Part shown: piece by piece, positions 1 through 9,685 of the stretch
How the letters are laid out: every line of letters starts with the position of its first letter
Position numbering within the stretch: the first letter of the stretch is position 1
From: an uncultured delta proteobacterium
Lineage (GTDB): Bacteria; Desulfobacterota; WTBG01
NCBI GenBank assembly: GCA_963793865.1
Contig: CAWCBP010000014.1
Coordinates: 192,001-256,000 of the forward strand
DNA length: 64,000 bases
Reading direction: 5' to 3'
The notes under the pieces: generated by a model
Seen by the model: the letters and a program-made list of their open reading frames with translations, nothing else
Told to the model about the DNA's origin: nothing
Database searches by the model: none
Made by a program: the position numbers and the translations under genes

Positions 1-1546
1 CTTTCTTGATGAAGCCGTTATTATCTGTCTCTTCGGCATCAACAAACCAGAGATGGAAGGGGGGGCAGAGTCATCATCAATTGTCAATAGCGCATGGTCT
101 TTTCCTTTGCCCGGAACCGCTGGTTCAAACGGAATCTCCCGGTACAGGAAGGGATTGGTCCCGTTTGAAAAGATGGTGTTGACCGCTTTGATCAGACCGG
201 GTTCAGAGCGCCAGTTGCGTGTGAGGGTGTATCTGGAGTCTACCTGGCCGGCGGCCTTCATGTAGGCGAAGAGGTCAGCGCCGCGGAAGCTGTAAATGGC
301 CTGCTTGGGGTCCCCGATCAGGAACAAAATGGATTCATCTTTTCCGAATACATTGTTGAAAATGGCATATTGCACCGGGTCGGTATCCTGGAATTCATCG
401 ATCAGCGCCGCCTTGTAGCGCCTCCTGATTGTCTCCGAAAGCTCACCACCGCCGGCAGCAGCCAGCGATTGGTGCAACCGGGTCAGCAGGTCATCGAAGA
501 ACTGGATATTTCTTCTCTGCTTCCGTGCCGGAAGCTCATGCTTGACGAATCTGAATATCTCCCCTTTGAGATAAAGAAGATGCCGGTCCATCGCTGCCTT
601 AAGCACCGCCTCAGCCTTTTGCAGATCATCACAGAGTTCAAAAAAGGTGATGCCGGGGCGGCGTGTTTCCTCTTTTTGTCTTCTTTTCCAGTTCAGCAAG
701 GGTAAATTTCCCGAACTTATCAGGCAGGGGAATAGGCGGGAGCGCCCCGTCCACATAGGCATCCATCATCTCCATGTATGAGGGCAGATGCTTTGTGTAG
801 TCAGCATACAGTCCCGGATGCTTAAGTTGTGCCTCAACCTCCTCTCTTCCCGAGCGCCAGGCTGCCTGCAGCTTCTCATATACCCTTCTAAACGGCTCAA
901 CATCAATCTCTGTCGCACGGAGGACTTCGGGGATTATTGCAACATCGAGGTGGGTTCTTCCTTTATTGATCAGATCCATGAAAAAGTCCGGCCCGAATTT
1001 TTTGCTCAGGGCGTAACCGACAAACTCCACCGGTGCGGTGTAGAAATGGCGGCGCCAGAAATCGCGGGCGATTTCCTCCAGAATGCCGGCTGTTTGCTCT
1101 GGTTCCAGCTCGGTATCGAAGAGGCTCCCGCTCTCAAAGGCGCTTTCATGGAGGGTGCGCTGGCAGAATCCATGAATGGTGAATATGGAGGCCTCGTCAA
1201 AGTCGTGCAGCGCCGCGCGAAGCAGGTTTATGGCGTCCTTCGCGTCCCCGGTTTTTTGAACCAGCCCTTTTATAAACGGGTCGGTGCTGCCACCCCGGGA
1301 ATAGGCATCCAGTGCTTCCCGGATCTTTTTCCTGATACGGTCGCGCAGCTCCTCGGTCGCGGCGACCGTATAGGTCACCACCAGGATGTCATTCACCGTG
1401 AGCCGCGTCTCGAGGATGAGGCGCAGGAACAGGCAGGTAATGGTATAGGTCTTGCCGGTCCCGGCGCTTGCCTCGATGAGGTTGGTTCCGCGCAGAGGGC
1501 TTTCAAGCAGCTTCAGTTCCTGCAGTGCTTCTGTATGGCCGGGCAT
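1..1546 (-). CDS. recB: Exodeoxyribonuclease V beta subunit (RecB); runs off the left edge; one frameshift near 640-650
   Basis: N-terminal IEASAGTGKT Walker A and TIHGFCQR. After a +1 shift at CACCTTTTTTGAA the frame continues with FFDDLL, ALIDEFQDTD and LIGDPKQAIYSFRGAD. The ATG overlaps the recC stop (TAATG). Confidence 0.95.
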
Positions 1547-4500
1547 TACCTGATCCTCACCTCGCATTCCATAAGCGGCTGGAAAATTTTTTTCGCGAGT
1601 TCTTCGAACGGTTCATCCAGGGGATCGGTGTGCTTGAAACAAAGCCGGAAATAAGGGTCCCTGGATTCAGCCATGCCGCCAAAATCGCTTCCTTCCCACT
1701 CTTTCCTGGCCGCACGCAACGCTTCCCCGGGCTCCTTGCGCTTCAGGTAAAGGGCTTCCGCGTAGGCAAAGGACGACCGGGGGAAAAAATGAATGGGTTC
1801 GCTCAGCCCCTGCCGGTAAACGTGGAGCAGTTCCTCCAACAGGATGCCGCTTTCATTGACCTGAACATACCTGTAGTCTTCATCTTTGCAGGCAAGGATT
1901 GAGCTTAAGGGGTAGTTCTCTTTATGAAGGTTGTGCACGACGAGATGATGAACCCAGATTATCAGGCGGTCCTTCGGCTTCACATCCGCGTAGCGGAACT
2001 GCAGAAGTCCATTGCCGTAGATGTTTCCAATGCATCCCTTCAGCCGGAAATTACCGCATTGCAGTTCGACCTGGAGAGGGGCAAGCGGGTCTCCTTTTCT
2101 GTGAGAGGCGAGGCGTTTAACAAATGATTCGACGCCGCGGCAGGTTTCGCGAAAATAAAGTTCCCCGGGCACACCATGGGGGAGCTGCCCGGATGCCCTG
2201 ATTGCCGGGAATGAATCCTTAAGCATGCCCTTTTGAAACATCCTTTCTACCAGTTCCTGTTCGAGACCGTACTTTTCCAGGCCTTTTACCTCGAAGGGTT
2301 CCGTCTCATCAAACAGCGCCTCATCTTCATTCAGGTAGATGCCCAGCCGCTCATTGAGAAGAAACTTGGCCGGATTGGCCAGGAATCGACAGAGCTGATT
2401 TACATCAATTGTCATCCACTCTTCAGAAGTTTCAGGGAGTGCGCGGGTGATGAAGCACCTTTCCTGTCTGTTTAAATCCATCATCTGTTGTGCGGCTTCG
2501 CAATTTTCCCGGGAATAGCTTATCAATCCTTTTGCCACGGAATGATGCTGCGATTTGCCATCATCCCTGAAATAGTCCGGGTTGAAGGCCTGCAGCCGGT
2601 GTTCGGTAACGATGTGCTGCCGGATAGTTCCCCCCGGCACTGCAAACCCTTCTTCAATGTAATCCAGAAGCTCGCTTACCAGGACCGAGGGAGGCCGGAT
2701 GCTGTTGTCCTGGATATTCCGCCCCATGTAGCTGATGTGCAGTTTATCCCTCACGGAAAGAATGGCTTCCAGGAAGAGGTAGCGGTCATCCTTGCGGCGG
2801 GACCTGTCGCCGGGCAGGGGGTTCCTGGCAATGAGGTCAAACCCCAGAGGTTTCGTCTGCCGGGGATAGGCATCATCGTTCATTCCCAGGAGGCAAATGA
2901 CACGGAATGGTATGCTTCTCATGGGAAGCATGGCGCAGAAGGTCACGCCGCCGGTGAGGAACCCGTGCCCGAAACCCTCTTGTTCAAGCAGCGAAGAAAG
3001 GTGCGATGTGATTACATCCAGAGGCACCTTTGTTTCAAATCCTGAGAGTTCCTGTTTGCTGCCGAGATCATGCAGAACCCGCCGGATGTATGTCATGTCC
3101 TGTTCCGTTTCATCATCCGCCTGGAAAAATGTATCGAGAACCGCTGATAAAAAATCCCCCCATTCCTTAAGACTTCTTTGCGTGCCGAGATCCCTGGCAA
3201 GAACAAACAGGCGTTCACAAAAGTCCATAAAATTGCCCAGGACCGCGGCGTCTCCTCCCTCGATCTTGTCGTAGGGAAGAATTTCGTTGTAGATGTTTTC
3301 TCCCCGGCCGGGCATGGCATAGCCGAGGAGCATCCTTTCCAGACCCGCCCTCCAGGTGTTTTCAGTGAACGGGGGAAGGCCTAGATCCTTTTTCCCTTCC
3401 CCGTCAACTCCCCAGCAGATACGGGTTTCACGGACCCACCGGTCAATCAAATCAAGGTCATTGCCGGATAAGTTAAACCGCTTTATAACCCAAGGGGAAT
3501 CAAGCAGGGCCATAACCTGGGTAGCGCCAAAGCGGCTTCCGTGAAACTCGAAGAGAGAAAGGAACGTGTCAGCCAGCTGGCTCTCCTGCCGGACACCCCG
3601 GTCTGCGATGCTGAATGGAATAAAGCGGGGATCGTCGGGAGGAACCGAGAATACCGCTTGGATAAACGGGGCATAGGTCCCGATGTCCGGGGTCATGATT
3701 ATAACGTCTTTGGGGAGAAGGGTTAAATCCCCTTCAAAGAGTGACAGGAGCCGGTCCTGCAGGACCTCAACTTCCCTCATGGGACTATGGCAGGAGTGAA
3801 TCCGGATTGAATCGTCAGCTTCGGCAAGAATTCTTTTCTCAGGGTCAGCGGAAGAACCGTCCCGGAGATTGAGAATATCATCATGGATGATGGAAATCAG
3901 GCTTTTACCTGAAGGTTCCGCAAAATGGTCGTGCTGAACCACTTCATAAATTTGGATCAGCTCGAAGAAATCCCGGCCCAGCATACCCATGGAGTTGAGC
4001 AGGGCATTTCCCTGTTCCAGATAAAGGTCCTCTTCCCTGACGTCCTTTGTCCGCTCCTTTTCCCGGATTTTCCTCTTTTCTCGGCGGGTGAGCAGGTCGC
4101 CCCAGTATTCCCTGCAGGGGTTCATCAGGAAAAGGTTTACCTGGATCAACTGTGAAACAGCGGCGAGAATCTCTACGTGATAGGGCGGCAGGGCGGAGAT
4201 GCCGAAAACCGATATCCTTTCCGGCAGGGTCTGCAGTTGCAAACCCGGTCTTTTGATCTCTTCAAACAGAATTGCCTTGAGGGCCGCACGGTGATTCTGT
4301 TTCAGTCCTTTTTCTATCTCCCGCCAGAGGATTGCCTGCCACTGGTTATCCCGGCCTTTGTCCCAGCCGAGGATTATCTCCGGCCTGAAGAGGAGGTATT
4401 GATCATAGAGTTCGGCAATGCGCCGGGACAACTGGAAGCGCTTAAGATCTGCGACTTCACCTGAAAGATAGTTGCCCAGGCTTTCGAAGCACTTCGCATT

Positions 4501-4812
4501 GACAAGGCGCGGCAGCGCTTCCATGATCTTCCAGGTCATGATCTCCGGAGAGAAGGGCGAGGTTTCTTCCAGATCAGGGATGAGCTCACGGAAAACCCGG
4601 TAGGCAAAATGGTTGGGGAAGGGAAACCGGCAGTTGGCGCAGATGCCGTTGTGCCGCGCCAATTCCATGGAGACCCACCGTTCCATTCCCTTGCTCTGGA
4701 CGAGAATTATCTCCGGCTGCAACGGTGAGGCGAGGGGAGTGCTTACAACCTGAGCAAGCTTCTCAGCCAGAATTTCCAGGCGGTTGCTAGTATAAAGGGT
4801 TAGGCCGGGCAT
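1546..4812 (-). CDS. recC: Exodeoxyribonuclease V gamma subunit (RecC)
   Basis: About 1090 aa; YTSNRLE, NPCREYWGD, HSCHSPMREVEVL and PMRSIPF motifs; adjacent to recB. Confidence 0.96.
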   Translation of the reverse strand: MPGLTLYTSNRLEILAEKLAQVVSTPLASPLQPEIILVQSKGMERWVSMELARHNGICANCRFPFPNHFAYRVFRELIPDLEETSPFSPEIMTWKIMEALPRLVNAKCFESLGNYLSGEVADLKRFQLSRRIAELYDQYLLFRPEIILGWDKGRDNQWQAILWREIEKGLKQNHRAALKAILFEEIKRPGLQLQTLPERISVFGISALPPYHVEILAAVSQLIQVNLFLMNPCREYWGDLLTRREKRKIREKERTKDVREEDLYLEQGNALLNSMGMLGRDFFELIQIYEVVQHDHFAEPSGKSLISIIHDDILNLRDGSSADPEKRILAEADDSIRIHSCHSPMREVEVLQDRLLSLFEGDLTLLPKDVIIMTPDIGTYAPFIQAVFSVPPDDPRFIPFSIADRGVRQESQLADTFLSLFEFHGSRFGATQVMALLDSPWVIKRFNLSGNDLDLIDRWVRETRICWGVDGEGKKDLGLPPFTENTWRAGLERMLLGYAMPGRGENIYNEILPYDKIEGGDAAVLGNFMDFCERLFVLARDLGTQRSLKEWGDFLSAVLDTFFQADDETEQDMTYIRRVLHDLGSKQELSGFETKVPLDVITSHLSSLLEQEGFGHGFLTGGVTFCAMLPMRSIPFRVICLLGMNDDAYPRQTKPLGFDLIARNPLPGDRSRRKDDRYLFLEAILSVRDKLHISYMGRNIQDNSIRPPSVLVSELLDYIEEGFAVPGGTIRQHIVTEHRLQAFNPDYFRDDGKSQHHSVAKGLISYSRENCEAAQQMMDLNRQERCFITRALPETSEEWMTIDVNQLCRFLANPAKFLLNERLGIYLNEDEALFDETEPFEVKGLEKYGLEQELVERMFQKGMLKDSFPAIRASGQLPHGVPGELYFRETCRGVESFVKRLASHRKGDPLAPLQVELQCGNFRLKGCIGNIYGNGLLQFRYADVKPKDRLIIWVHHLVVHNLHKENYPLSSILACKDEDYRYVQVNESGILLEELLHVYRQGLSEPIHFFPRSSFAYAEALYLKRKEPGEALRAARKEWEGSDFGGMAESRDPYFRLCFKHTDPLDEPFEELAKKIFQPLMECEVRIR

Positions 4813-5269
4813 TGTGTGCACACGAGTAACGGGCTTGGGAAGAGAACGCTATGATAAAACTTTTCCCTGCTTTCTTGTATGAAAAGGATACTAGTAAAAT
4901 TAGCAACGGGTGTCAACCAGGAGCTGATCACAGTATAGCACGCAGGTATGCCGGAACGGGTCATTCCGGTTAGAATGAAAAATTGTGGATAATCTGCCTG
5001 TGTGAAGCTGTGCATGGTTTTAATGACAAACTGCAGCAGGAAGGAAGGGAAGGAACATTACGCCCGACGGTTTGGTATGTACGCTTGATTTTTGAAGGCA
5101 GCTAAGGGCAGGTATGGCAAAACAAGCGGAACTCGATGCGCCTGGCACGCAAGTTGTCTGTTCACCTCTTTCGTTGATCTATAAGCAGGAAATCAAAAAT
5201 TTCAACGTTACAGAACCAATCTCAAACTGAAAATCTGCTGAGCACTACTGTTGCCGATTGCAAGAAAGG

Positions 5270-5485
5270 TTGAAAACCCCGATAACGCAGGTTACATACT
5301 GTAGTGGAAACTATTCGTGCCTTGAGATTCTTGCCCATATTTGTAGAACTTGAATATTTCCTTCAATCATAGCACCGCTACATTTTGTGCCTGGCATATA
5401 TAGAACAAGCCCCTCGGATTTGTTCCCGAGAGGCTTTGCTAGTCTAAAGGATACATTCATTATGGTAATGGATAACTACACCACT
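5270..5485. repeat. 3' flank duplicated at about 36200-36415 (gene tail, terminator and downstream DNA)
   Basis: Near-identical text in both places, e.g. ttccttcaatcatagcaccgctacattttgtgc and cattatggtaatggataactacacca. Confidence 0.85.
5407..5437 (-). terminator. Probable intrinsic terminator
   Basis: Hairpin aagcccctcgga-ttcccgagaggctt just after the stop; the paralogous copy at 36335-36368 has a U-tract. Confidence 0.6.
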
Positions 5486-6956
5486 CCACCCCAGTTACAC
5501 ATGAAGGGCATGGGTTCTGTAATGAACTGCGGCCGAAGTCTGCTTTGAAAAGAGCAGCGTCAGTCCCATCAGCATCACCATCGCAGTTGAAGTCACCGCG
5601 GCAGGGATCAAAAGCAGTGCATTGATAATGGGCAATACTTCTGCCAAAGTGATATTTGAACATTGATGCATCGGTGCCATCTACATCACCGTCACACATG
5701 AAGTCAGCTTCACACTCACAGGCATCGCCTATGCCGTTGCCCTGTGGGGGAAAGGAGTCTGATTGATCAGGGTTGGAAGTGGTGAGGCAGTTATCACACG
5801 CAGCATCAATTCCATCACCATCCGGGTCTATGGTGTCGGCGTCACAAATATCTCCTGTCCCGTCATTATCACAGTCAATTTGAAATGGATTATAACCATT
5901 GGGACAGCTATCAACATCGTCACATACGGTATCTCCGTCTGAATCACCCCATGACCCACAATATCCGCCCCGAACCGCCCGCACATACCCGAAAGACGAC
6001 TTATCGTCTTCGTCGACGCGGCAACTGCTGAAATGGACTGACCAGGCGCCATCCGGATACCTATTGTAAGTAGTAGACGACCAGTAGGTGGACCTTACGA
6101 TACTAAACAGAGGATCAATGGAAGAATCATATGTGTTATAATCTACGATAGATTGTAGTTCATTTCTATTCGGCAAACGCCAGTCATGGTAATCCGCAAG
6201 AGAGATGCTTTCACAGTATAAGAGTGCCTGTTGCCAGGTATAGGTGCCCGGTGCAGTATCTTTTTGCCACATAAGACCGGTAGCGGTGTCAGTTACGGTT
6301 CCGTTGTCATTGTCAACAAAATTACCAAATGATCCAGACTGTCCCCCGCGAACCGCCTGTACGCAGAAGCTATTCGACTTATTGCCGTCGTCGACGAGGC
6401 CATTGCTGAAACGGACGACCCAGGCCATGTACAGAACGCCAGCGATAGTAGTTGACGACCAGTAGTCGAACGACCGAGTATTGGGGAAATAGACGGTATC
6501 TATCGTCGGCCCGGGATAAGGTATGCTGCTGTCTAAAATACTTGAAAGCTCTTTAACTGTTGGCATACGCCAGTCAGAATACCCACCAAACTGAGTTGAA
6601 TTTAGAGTTGCAATGAATATATCTTGAGCATTCCACCAAACGTATGTATTGTCTTTATCATGAATTGACCCATCATCTGTCTTTACCTCCCAAATCAATC
6701 CGGTCACATTGTCCCTTACCATTGCCCACTCATTAGCGTCATGGGGTAGGTCATCTCCGATTAAATCAAGTTTGGTAAATGAATGTGGATTGGCTATGTA
6801 TTGAGCATCTTGCCCATAGAAAGGTTCACCTGGATTGGGGCAGGTAATCTCCTGAGTGTTATCATAGCATTTAGTCTGCCCTGTGTCGGGAACGGGCGTA
6901 GCTAGTGCTATACACGGTAAAGCCAGTAATAGTGTGCAAATTAATAATGTTTTTAT
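5460..6956 (-). CDS. Secreted protein with two DUF1566 (Lcl-type) domains, thrombospondin-3-like repeats and a C-terminal dockerin-like module; apparent ATA/ATT start
   Basis: VRDNVTGLIWE...DWRMPTVKEL and TDTATGLMWQ...DWRLPNRNEL. The frame stays open 78 codons upstream of the ORF-track start, giving signal peptide IKTLLICTLLLALPCIALA and VPDTGQTKCYD behind an AAGGAGG RBS. Confidence 0.85.
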   Translation of the reverse strand: MKTLLICTLLLALPCIALATPVPDTGQTKCYDNTQEITCPNPGEPFYGQDAQYIANPHSFTKLDLIGDDLPHDANEWAMVRDNVTGLIWEVKTDDGSIHDKDNTYVWWNAQDIFIATLNSTQFGGYSDWRMPTVKELSSILDSSIPYPGPTIDTVYFPNTRSFDYWSSTTIAGVLYMAWVVRFSNGLVDDGNKSNSFCVQAVRGGQSGSFGNFVDNDNGTVTDTATGLMWQKDTAPGTYTWQQALLYCESISLADYHDWRLPNRNELQSIVDYNTYDSSIDPLFSIVRSTYWSSTTYNRYPDGAWSVHFSSCRVDEDDKSSFGYVRAVRGGYCGSWGDSDGDTVCDDVDSCPNGYNPFQIDCDNDGTGDICDADTIDPDGDGIDAACDNCLTTSNPDQSDSFPPQGNGIGDACECEADFMCDGDVDGTDASMFKYHFGRSIAHYQCTAFDPCRGDFNCDGDADGTDAALFKADFGRSSLQNPCPSCVTGVEWCSYPLP

Positions 6957-7026
6957 AATGCCCTCCTTGAAGACAACTAACTAATACTCACACCACGCTA
7001 TCCCTGATGCACAAGCAGGGCATGGG

Positions 7027-9165
7027 TTAATTGGAAACCAAGGCCGTCACCGTATCACATCCGCTATACCAGCAATATTCAATCGTATACTCACCGGGTT
7101 CAACACCATCAATCTCTGATTCAATGGTATAACAACACAGGCAACGGCATACCGGGGGAATTTCCCTTTCTGTTAATCGCAAAATGTTCCCATCAACAGT
7201 CAATGTAACAGCTATATCTTGAGGACAACAGGTGTAAGAGGCGTTGAAGTGGGTAATGTGGATGGTATCTCCTACACTTTCTGCCACAATTTCATCATCA
7301 CCACAACGATTGTATTCCGCTTCAAACTCCATAAAACTACCAAGACAGCCGCTGTTTGAATACCCGCTAATAAAGGGTCCCTCATACCCACACCACGCTA
7401 CCCCAACCACACATGCAGGGCATGGATTCTGCATCGAACTGCGGCCGAAGTCTGCTTTGAAATGAGCAGCGTCAGTCCCATCAGCATCACCATCGCAGTT
7501 GAAGTCACCGTTGCAAGGGCTTTCGCCAGTACAGGGTTCTAATATTATACTTCTCCCGAAAGCTGCCTTGAATAAGGCTGCATCGCTACCATCAACATCG
7601 CTGTCGGTATCGCAGTTAAAGTTACCCTCGCAATCGCAGGCGTCCCCTATGCCGTTTCCCTGTGGAGGAAATGTATCTTCCTGATTCAAGCTGCAAATTC
7701 CATTAGCGCCGCATGCCGCATGAGCAATACAGGGGCTTCCTACCTTGCCTGAGGTGCAAGTTCCCAGATACGGCCCATTTGGCATATCAGAACAATTATC
7801 TCCATCAGCCAGGAATGAACTGCTGAGCATACTGCCTGCTATTGCCCCACCAGGATTGGACTCGACTCCATCTCCATCAATGTCATTGGGGTCTTCAAAG
7901 TAACAAAGGACTGATGTATCTACCACAATGTCTTGAGGTATAGTATCTGTATCAAAAACTGTGATTTGTGGCGATTCAACAGTCGCATTGGTATTCTGAA
8001 TGGTCATGTTAGCGGCAGATACTATTGCATGACTGTCACCGACGATATCACAACCGGGGACATCTCCATTACTATCAAGTTTCAATGTCATTACACCACT
8101 AGCATAGGAATCAGTGGAAACTGCCACAATGCTTCCTCCATCTGATGTATTCCCATGGTACACGATAGAGTCTTCATCAAATCCACCGTAAGTTTTTTCC
8201 CAAACAATTTCGCCATTGCTGTCAAGTTTCAATAGCCAACCATCATAATCGCCAGTACCATGAAATGACTTAGAACCTCCACTCACAGTATAATTTCCAT
8301 CTATGGTCTGTTGAATGAAATACCCCGTCTCATAATCATACCCACCATACGTTCTCTGCCAGACAACACTACCATTTCCATCGAGCTTCAGCACCCATAA
8401 ATCTTCGCTTTCAGCACCGCAGTTTATACAATTAGCTATTACAAATCCTCCATCTGAGGTCTGCTGGATAGATGGCTGGTCATTGTTCCTACCTCCATCA
8501 TATCTTTTCTGCCACGAAATATTTCCATCGTTATCTACCTTGAAGATCCAAATATCATAATCAGAAGCCCAGGTATGACCGGCCACAATATATCCTTCAT
8601 CATAAGTCTGTAAAACAGAAGATGGTTCCTGCAAATTGTCAAGACGATATGCCTTGCCCCAATTAATATTCCCCGTGCTGTCAAGCCTTAAAAGTATTAC
8701 ATCAGCCATATCTTGGCCTGCTGCGATATATCCCCCATCTGTCGTTTGTTGTATTGATTTAAACTGAACAATTCCATCATAAGCCTTCTGCCAGATAATG
8801 TTACCATTACCGTCGAGTTTCAATATCCATCCTCCGTAAGCATTAAGCGACATGGTACAACCTGCCACGATGTAACCTCCATCCGTAGTTCGCTGTATAG
8901 CATAAGCATCATTTATCCATGTAAAATAGCGATAGTTCTTCCGCCATGAAATATCCCCATTAACATCAAGTTTCATTACGAAGAGGTCGATAACTGAATG
9001 ATTCCCAGCAGCAATATACCCCCCATCTATGGTTTGCTTTGTACAATGAATCATATCTTGTTCACTTCCCCCATACGTCTTTATCCATTGCTGCGAAACA
9101 TGGCTGGCATACGAAGGAGTACCCAAAGCTATCAATACTGCAATGAATATAAATGTCTTTTTCAT
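7027..9165 (-). CDS. Secreted beta-propeller repeat protein with TSP3-like linker, dockerin-like module and an extra Cys-rich C-terminal domain
   Basis: Signal peptide MKKTFIFIAVLIALGTPSYA; repeated IQQTxDGGYIVAG..LKLDxNGxIxWxKxYGG; CDCEGNFNCD...FGRS twice. Confidence 0.85.
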   Translation of the reverse strand: MKKTFIFIAVLIALGTPSYASHVSQQWIKTYGGSEQDMIHCTKQTIDGGYIAAGNHSVIDLFVMKLDVNGDISWRKNYRYFTWINDAYAIQRTTDGGYIVAGCTMSLNAYGGWILKLDGNGNIIWQKAYDGIVQFKSIQQTTDGGYIAAGQDMADVILLRLDSTGNINWGKAYRLDNLQEPSSVLQTYDEGYIVAGHTWASDYDIWIFKVDNDGNISWQKRYDGGRNNDQPSIQQTSDGGFVIANCINCGAESEDLWVLKLDGNGSVVWQRTYGGYDYETGYFIQQTIDGNYTVSGGSKSFHGTGDYDGWLLKLDSNGEIVWEKTYGGFDEDSIVYHGNTSDGGSIVAVSTDSYASGVMTLKLDSNGDVPGCDIVGDSHAIVSAANMTIQNTNATVESPQITVFDTDTIPQDIVVDTSVLCYFEDPNDIDGDGVESNPGGAIAGSMLSSSFLADGDNCSDMPNGPYLGTCTSGKVGSPCIAHAACGANGICSLNQEDTFPPQGNGIGDACDCEGNFNCDTDSDVDGSDAALFKAAFGRSIILEPCTGESPCNGDFNCDGDADGTDAAHFKADFGRSSMQNPCPACVVGVAWCGYEGPFISGYSNSGCLGSFMEFEAEYNRCGDDEIVAESVGDTIHITHFNASYTCCPQDIAVTLTVDGNILRLTEREIPPVCRCLCCYTIESEIDGVEPGEYTIEYCWYSGCDTVTALVSN

Positions 9166-9545
9166 ACCCTTGCCCCTCCTCAAACAATTAAACCCCACCC
9201 TCTCAGACCTTCTCCATCTGAGAAAAAGCGGGGTTATGTCAATAAGTGCGTTCATCGGAACACCTATAAATGACCTTATGATTTTAAATTAAAGCACAGA
9301 ATCCCTCTTTTATCAATGTAATTCTATCTTCTTCATTCCGGGGATTAATACCATATCTTGCGGATGCCTGTAATGAGAAAATTCTGAATGCTATAACAAA
9401 AATCTGAGTTTCAGATAATGCCCAAGATACATCCTCGAACTGCGTAGATCGAGGGAGATGCAATTTATGAAGGTTACTACCATTTATGCGAAGCAAAAGG
9501 TGTCAGAGCAGGGATCAATATTACGTTGTAAAATATTGAATGTGG
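9166..9545 (-). repeat. Upstream leader/promoter region duplicated at about 38194-38580
   Basis: Shared blocks such as aaaaatctgagtttcagataatgcccaagatac, cgtagatcgagggagatg and a conserved hairpin before the RBS. Confidence 0.8.
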
Positions 9546-9685
9546 ATGACCTTTGATCGTGGCGCAAAATAAGAAGACAATGGAGGCAGATCTCATGATT
9601 CAACATACGCAGTGCACCGCCCTTAAGCAGAGCGGTATAGCAGTATGGAATAGAGAGACATTACCCAGAAGTTATTGATGGGCTG

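Noticed and set aside
638..655. Programmed frameshift or phase variation in recB (and rbr, M14 peptidase)
   Set aside because: Similar single indels are scattered through unrelated genes; sequencing error is the simpler explanation
4830..5270. Possible ncRNA or riboswitch in the recC upstream region
   Set aside because: No recognisable consensus could be matched by eye
5460..6956. Diversity-generating retroelement target (DUF1566 can be a DGR variable domain)
   Set aside because: No reverse transcriptase and no template repeat with adenine-specific mismatches seen in the window
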